Source of the DNA: Octopus vulgaris
Lineage: Eukaryota
Direction of reading: 5' to 3'
DNA length: 64,000 nt
NCBI GenBank assembly: GCA_951406725.2
Contig: OX597815.1
Location: forward strand, 99,138,001 to 99,202,000
The translations under genes and the position numbers were made by a program. The notes beneath the pieces were generated by a model. That model saw nothing but the letters and a program-made list of their open reading frames with translations. It was not told the origin of the DNA and ran no database searches. This document shows, one piece after another, positions 56,825 to 64,000 of the stretch (within the stretch, counting starts at the first letter, position 1; each line of letters opens with the position of its first letter).

Positions 56825-57993
56825 TATATATATGTGTGTCTATATCTTTTTAAGTGTGAGAAAGTATGTTTGTATACGTATATACATGTTTATATGAGTG
56901 ATTTCATTAGCGATTGTGTGTCTTCGAATGAATGTATCAATATTGTGAGTATGCATATATGTGTGCGTGTGTGCGTGTGCATGTGCGTGTGTGTGTGTAT
57001 GCTTCCGAGTGTGGAAGTATATCCACGTATGTGTGTACACGTGTGTGTGTGTTTGTGTGTTTGCCTGCGTGTGTTTGCACATGTTTATGTACATGTTTGT
57101 GCGAGTGGGATAACAGAAACAGTCTCTCATTGGCAATGGAAATTAAATTCCTTCTAACATCGCGCATCTGGTTTATTTGTACATGTGTTAATACCTGTTA
57201 AAAGCTGAAGTGAACTAATGAATTGTAACGTGACTTAACAAGCCACACACTGATGTTTATAATGTAGAACAGGAAACCAATGGCGTTGACACATTCGCTA
57301 TTCGCTGTCCGCCATTAATAGCACTCATCTTTTGTTGAAACTATCAACTGTAACAAGTGATTAAGGAAACTAGATATCACAGAGCTGCTCTTCAATTCAA
57401 GTGATAGCTTGTTGTGGCGTTTTCTGCTTAAGTCTTGACGTCATTGCAACATGTTGATTTTATGACAGACACTCTATGGTCACGTGAAGTAGCTTCCTTA
57501 AAAGGTAGACAGGTGACTGAAGTTGAAATTAATAGTATTAGCTCTCCTGAACAATTAATTGAATTATATCCCGAAATCCGTAATTATATAAATATTTCTA
57601 CTCTTCTTCTCTATCAACACCCCTACATTCTGCTCCTCTCTCTCTCTCACTCTCTCTCTCTCTCTTTCTCTCTATCTGTTTCTCTCTTCCTCCCTCTCTC
57701 TTTCCCTCTCTCCCTCTATTTCCCTCACTCTCTTTGTCAATCTTTGTCTCTCTCTTTCTCTCTGCCTTTTATGCACACTGTTTCTCTCTATCTCTTCATT
57801 TGTGGTCGTTTCTCTTAAATCAAAATCCTGTGATATCTTTGCTATAAACAGTGAGCAAATATATCTATTTAGTTTGTAACAAATCAATGCTTATTGCTTT
57901 AGACATCAGCCTCTCATCCAAGAGCTAAAATCTCTGTTTGTGCGCCAAAATGTACGTGTACATCTGTATGTTTGTGAGCGTGTGTGTGTGCGA

Positions 57994-58046
<53 letters not shown>

Positions 58047-58588
58047 TACGTATACATAATATATATGGATATATATAACATATATATTGGTGTGTGTGTG
58101 CGTTTGTGAGAGAGAGAGAGAATATATGATGAAGAATTCGCTGGTGTTGATGCTGGAATTCATCGAAGTTTTGTATGTTTCAGTTGAGTTTGAAAATGTG
58201 AGTCAAAGAGAAATGAGTGTTTGCGAAGATACACACACACGCACACACACATGCACACACAAACCTATATATATGTGTGTACGTATATATGTAAGCATAT
58301 GTATTTATATATACATGTATATATATGTGTATATATATGTAGATAGATATGTGTATATATATGTAGATAGATATATGTATATATATATGTGTGTGTGTGT
58401 GTACGTGTGTATGTATGTATGTATGTATGTATGTATGTTTGTATGTATGTATGTATGTATGTATATACATGTGTGTGTATATATGTATGTGTCCGTTCTC
58501 TGCAAGCGTAGGTGTGTATGAATATGTTTTGTAATTGTATATGTATTTGTGTACAAGAATATGTATGCATTTGTGTGTATGTGGTGTG

Positions 58589-58672
<84 letters not shown>

Positions 58673-59564
58673 TCCTGAAGAGCTTGCTTGTTGTGCTCTG
58701 TTTACGTGCATGGGAGAAATTTAACGTGTCTATATTAACAAATGTATGTCAAAAGAAAAAAAAAAGCATATTTCTATGTGTCCGTTTACGTGCGGTGCTG
58801 ATGCAAGGAGTGTCTGAGTATGTTTATATATGTATGCATGCTTACATGTGTCTGTCTCTTTATATATGTATATGAGTATGTACGCGAGTGAGTATATTTG
58901 AATGAATATGTGTTTCAACGTTGTGTGCTACTACACAAATTGAGCGGATTGATAAAACATTCGAAATTACTTCCAGATTAATTTCCGCTGAAAATAAGCA
59001 AAGTACATAGTTGAAAATTATTTTATATTGGTTTATGTCATATTCTTACATTTATAAATAAATAAACGAATATATAATTACATTTATTCGTATAATTATA
59101 TGTTCATTTATTTATTCACATAATTTGCGCTAGAAAATTAAAGACCCTTATTGCATACGTCAAATATATATAATATTGTATATAATAAGATTGAAATTAC
59201 CAAAGATAAAAATAAAAAAATAGCTACATATTTGTTGATAATCGTAATCCTTCATCCAGATGTTCATAAGTAGATACATGTCTATAAAATACCAACTCAC
59301 TAATTATTATAGTATCAAGCCAAGAATGAACGGATCGCCTGTGTGCAATAATTCATATGCTAGAAACATCAACTGAATATCCATTAAAGGTGACCGTTAC
59401 TTCTAAATCTGAAGAGCACCCTGGATAATATAGGACTTGATAATTTCTGTCTGGAATACTGACGGGATTGACACGACTGAAAAACATTTGGTTTATCTTA
59501 CTTTTGTTTCGATGACGGCTGTTAAACAATAGTGCACAATGCATACATATGCTGCAGTCTACTA

Positions 59565-59735
59565 AAGCCACAAGGCCTGAAATTGATCGGGTGGGGACTA
59601 GTCAATTACATCAACTCCAGTGTTTCACTGGTACTTAATTTATCGACCCCGAAATTTGAACTCAGAACATGTAGACAGACGAAATACCGCCAAGTATTTC
59701 GACCAGTGTGCAAACGAGTCTACCAGCTCACCGCT
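59565..59735 (-). mobile_element. SINE A copy with internal deletion
   Basis: cacaaggcctgaaatt...ctggtacttaatttatcgacccc...ttgaactcagaac...ccagctcaccgc. Confidence 0.85.
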
Positions 59736-60369
59736 TTACATAATACATACATACATATAAAGACACGCGTACACGCACGGAGATAGACACACACACAAAT
59801 TCACACACCCACACACAAATGCACACATTCACACATACACACACGCTGGCACAAACGTACGCATACACATACAAACGCGTATGCACAATATATACAATGG
59901 TAGTCACTCGAGTCCAAGAAAGCCAACTGTGCTGCATGGTCAACATCTTTGGGTGCTCGTATAATATCTTGGCTGTGATCAGATACATGTATGTATGTAT
60001 GTATGTATGTATGTATGTATGTATGTATGTATGTATGTATGTAGAGACAGATAGACTGACTGACAGACAGACAGACATGTGAGAGAAAGAATGAGTAAGG
60101 TAAGAGTAAAATAACTTCAGTAGAGATAACATAAAGTAGCGCTTAAATGAATGTGAACTTAAATTCCAATTTGCTCATCCAGGACCGGTCCACGGCATCA
60201 AACGTCGCTGTAACTGTAATCCAAATCAAGCTGTTATGGAAGTAGTAAGGTAGATACAGATTGTCTTGAGACATAAATTTACATGGAGCATAAAATACAG
60301 ATTATGAAATAAAGAAAGTGGCTTTTTCATGAAGAACATTACGTAATGATCAATCATTATATTTATAAA

Positions 60370-60486
<117 letters not shown>

Positions 60487-60515
60487 GTATGCATATATGT
60501 ATATATATATATATA

Positions 60516-60597
<82 letters not shown>

Positions 60598-60613
60598 CAT
60601 ATATGTACATATA

Positions 60614-60778
60614 TACCGGAGTAAGCACATAAATGTGAAACAAGGTGGGAAGAAGAGTACTCAAATACCAGAGGTAGAGTAATATGTTCGTCGGACAGTT
60701 TTTAACAAAACTGTCCAACGAACGTGAAACTCTGAGTAACAGCTTTTGTTATATTTCTGCTGCTTTTAAATAAAGTAT
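60614..60778. repeat. Short element with internal inverted repeat inside (TA)n, possibly a Penelope-like terminal fragment
   Basis: gttcgtcggacagtttt-taac-aaaactgtccaacgaac forms a 17 bp stem with one mismatch at ~60686-60723. Confidence 0.4.
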
Positions 60779-60797
60779 ATATACATATATATATTAG

Positions 60798-60845
<48 letters not shown>

Positions 60846-60885
60846 TATGTATGTATGTATATATATATATGTATATATATATATG

Positions 60886-60936
<51 letters not shown>

Positions 60937-60959
60937 TATATATATACATATATATATAC

Positions 60960-61018
<59 letters not shown>

Positions 61019-61156
61019 CTGTTTTTGTTTTATAATCTGAATGCTGTGATCCTTGTCTCAAGGCTAACTGTATTTATCAACCAAACTACTTTTCTTTCTT
61101 TTTTGTCTGTTTCTCTCTCTCTCTCATACACATAACTGTGTGTTTGTGTGCGTGTG

Positions 61157-61237
<81 letters not shown>

Positions 61238-61721
61238 CAGCGCGCGCATGGAAAATACATCGCATAAACTGAATTAAGTATTACATTTGCCAGGAATGCT
61301 TATGATGATATCCGACATATATTGTCAAATAAACAGCTATCAATAAGAGCGGGGAACTGTTTTCATAATCTCATAAATCCATTATTACATATGGCAGACC
61401 ATCACCGAACAAATGCAAAAGCTTTCAGTGCTCAGAGATGTGGTTCCTTAGAAGAATGCTAAAGTTGTCTTATGTACACGCAATGACAAGCATCCAAATT
61501 CTTAGAAATATCGCAATGATTCCCAGAAAGCTTCTCAACATAAGCTCCGTATAATGCGTATCATATTAGAAAAATAGTCTTAAAGAACTTGGTGACAATC
61601 AGGAACCTCGAAGAAAACACTCGATAACATTACCTGCTGGCTTTTGAGAGAATGTACCTTGTTGAGGGTGGAGACATAAGAGCATGCAGGATTCATAACC
61701 GTTGACGCCATACATACATAC

Positions 61722-61754
<33 letters not shown>

Positions 61755-61776
61755 TATGTATGTATATATGTATGTA

Positions 61777-61834
<58 letters not shown>

Positions 61835-61885
61835 TGTATGTATGTATGTATATAAATATATACATATATATAAATATATATATAC

Positions 61886-62945
61886 ACGAGGCAGAACAGG
61901 GCTAGGCTCTTTTCCGAATCCCCAAACGAACGCCAGCGGGAAAGAAAGGCGCTGGCTCGTTCAGGAGGTGAGAGCTGCAGTGGAGGAAATGAGAACATGC
62001 AGGGCAGTGGGAATGAAGCAACAGGGGGCTTGGACAAGATGCGGTTGAGAGGAAAGTGACTTGGGCTGAGCTGTGGAGAGCCGAGCCTCACCGAATTAAA
62101 TTTCTGATACAGGCGGTGTACGATATGCTTGCAGGACCATCAAACCTGCACATATGGGGAATAACAGAGACACCAACATGCGCGTTGTGTTCCAAGCGAG
62201 GAACTCTAGAACATATCCTCAGCTGCTACACGGAGGCACTTGTAGAAGGACGGTACCGCTGGAGGTATGACCACGTCCTTAAGATCATCGCTGAAGCCAT
62301 TGGCGCGGGGGTTCCGGCCATGCAAGAAAACCATCGCCCTTATCAGAGCTGGAGAACAGTCAACCCCTGCCAGAAAAACATCGGCGAGCATCTTAACATC
62401 TGCAGGAGACTGGCAGCTGCTGGTGGATCTTGAGCGTCAGTTGATGTTCCCTGACCACATTGCGGTCACCACTCTGCGACTAGACATTCTGCTTGTGTCT
62501 GAGTCCACTAAGCAATTGGTGCTGCTGGAGCTGACTGTCTTATAGGAAGATCGCCTGGAAGAAGCTTTTGAGAGAAAGCTCTCCAAGTATGCGGATCTGG
62601 TCAGTGACTGCCAGCAGGCTTGTTAGAGCATGAGGTGTCTTCCAGTGGAGGCTGGATGCAGAGGTTTCGCAGCCCGTTCCCTGACTTGAGCCTTCAGCAG
62701 TCTTAGCATCGAGGGAGTGAGAAGAAGGAAGGCCATCCGCAGTATCACCGAAGCAGCAGAGAGGGCCTCAAGATGGTTGTGGATCAAAAGAGAAGAGTCA
62801 TGGGGTAGCTAGCTGGCCATCTGGACACAAACTGGGGCCTGATCAGCTCTAGCTGGGTGACCTGGAGGAGGGTGTATTATGTTGAAAGACCCGAAACCCC
62901 CAATGATACCAGACACATCAATGCAGATGCGTCCAGATGCATCAT
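61886..62945 (+). mobile_element. HERO-like RLE-type non-LTR retrotransposon 3' fragment
   Basis: [16 protein letters not shown]; [30 protein letters not shown]...CALC..GTLEHILSC....EGRYRWR.D.VL; TLRLDILL...LLELTV; PVEAGCRGF. GC-rich island in (TA)n. Confidence 0.88.
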
Positions 62946-62968
62946 GCATTGATGTATGTACACAATAA

Positions 62969-63080
<112 letters not shown>

Positions 63081-63158
63081 TATGTATATAAATATATATA
63101 TATATATCGTAATGCTTTTCCATTGTCATACCTATATGATTTCTCATCTTTAATTTGA

Positions 63159-63201
<43 letters not shown>

Positions 63202-63291
63202 GAGCGAGAAAGGGTGAGACATATAGTGTGTGTATATCTATGTACATGTATGCATTCGCCGCACATATGTATATATATATGTATATATATA

Positions 63292-63329
<38 letters not shown>

Positions 63330-63861
63330 AACACACATATATGCATTGCGTGTATGTGCGCGTGTGCTGTAAAGTTCAGTGTGAATGTGTTATTTTTTTA
63401 TTTGTACATGTGAGTGTACAAATACGTGTGCATCTTTGTATGATTGTTTGTGTGTGCGCGTGAGTAAGTACGCGCGCCCGCATACATGAATCTGTGTGTG
63501 TCCGTCCGCAGAGCCAAGGTCGATTTGAGCCATTGACTGGAAGCTATTGTTAAGAGATGAATCAGAGGTCGGTATGTGCCAACTCTGACACTTGCTGCAA
63601 CAATAGCCATACAGGGGTGACGGCAAGTGTCTTGATAGAGCTGGCAGCTCGCTGTTATTGAATATTGAAGCACCAGACGTAGGCGGGCTTGTCATGGCTT
63701 ATTTCAGGGTTATCTTTATTTATATGTTGCTATCTTTAATATTGAACATTTAATGAAACAGGTAACTGAGACATATAATATAATGACACTAATAGTAATA
63801 ACAACAAAACAACTATTTCACTGCCCTTAGTTAATATTGGTATTATTGTTATCATAATAGA

Positions 63862-64000
63862 AGGGGACGAGCTGGAAGAATAGTTAGCACGCCGGGCAAA
63901 ATGCTTGGTGGTATTTCGCCTGTCGCTCTGATCTGAGTTCAAATTCAGCCGAGGTCGACTTAACCTTCCGTCCTTGCGGGGTCGGTAAAATAAGTACCAG
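63862..64000 (+). mobile_element. SINE A copy, cut by the window end
   Basis: gacgagctggaagaa...ctgagttcaaattcagccgaggtcgac...ggggtcggtaaaataagtaccag. Confidence 0.88.

Overview
AT-rich, microsatellite-saturated animal DNA. The repeat landscape fits an octopus/coleoid genome (inference). I found no recognisable host gene, rRNA, tRNA or CRISPR array, and most ORFs in the track are translations of simple repeats. The main structure is a ~25 kb pile-up (20.3-45.3 kb) of at least three distinct families of R4/Dong-clade non-LTR retrotransposons (RT + CCHC + restriction-like endonuclease). Every copy with an intact 3' end runs on its own sense strand into (TAA)n, and the cluster includes chimeras, internal deletions and a small array of 3'-end stubs. 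Also present are fragments of Tx1/L1, RTE, Vingi/Ingi, HERO-like and Penelope-like elements, a deleted mariner, about 15 copies of a tRNA-type SINE, other SINEs, and a short RTE-derived element with an HDV-ribozyme-like remnant. All clade calls come from manual translation and remembered motifs, not database searches.
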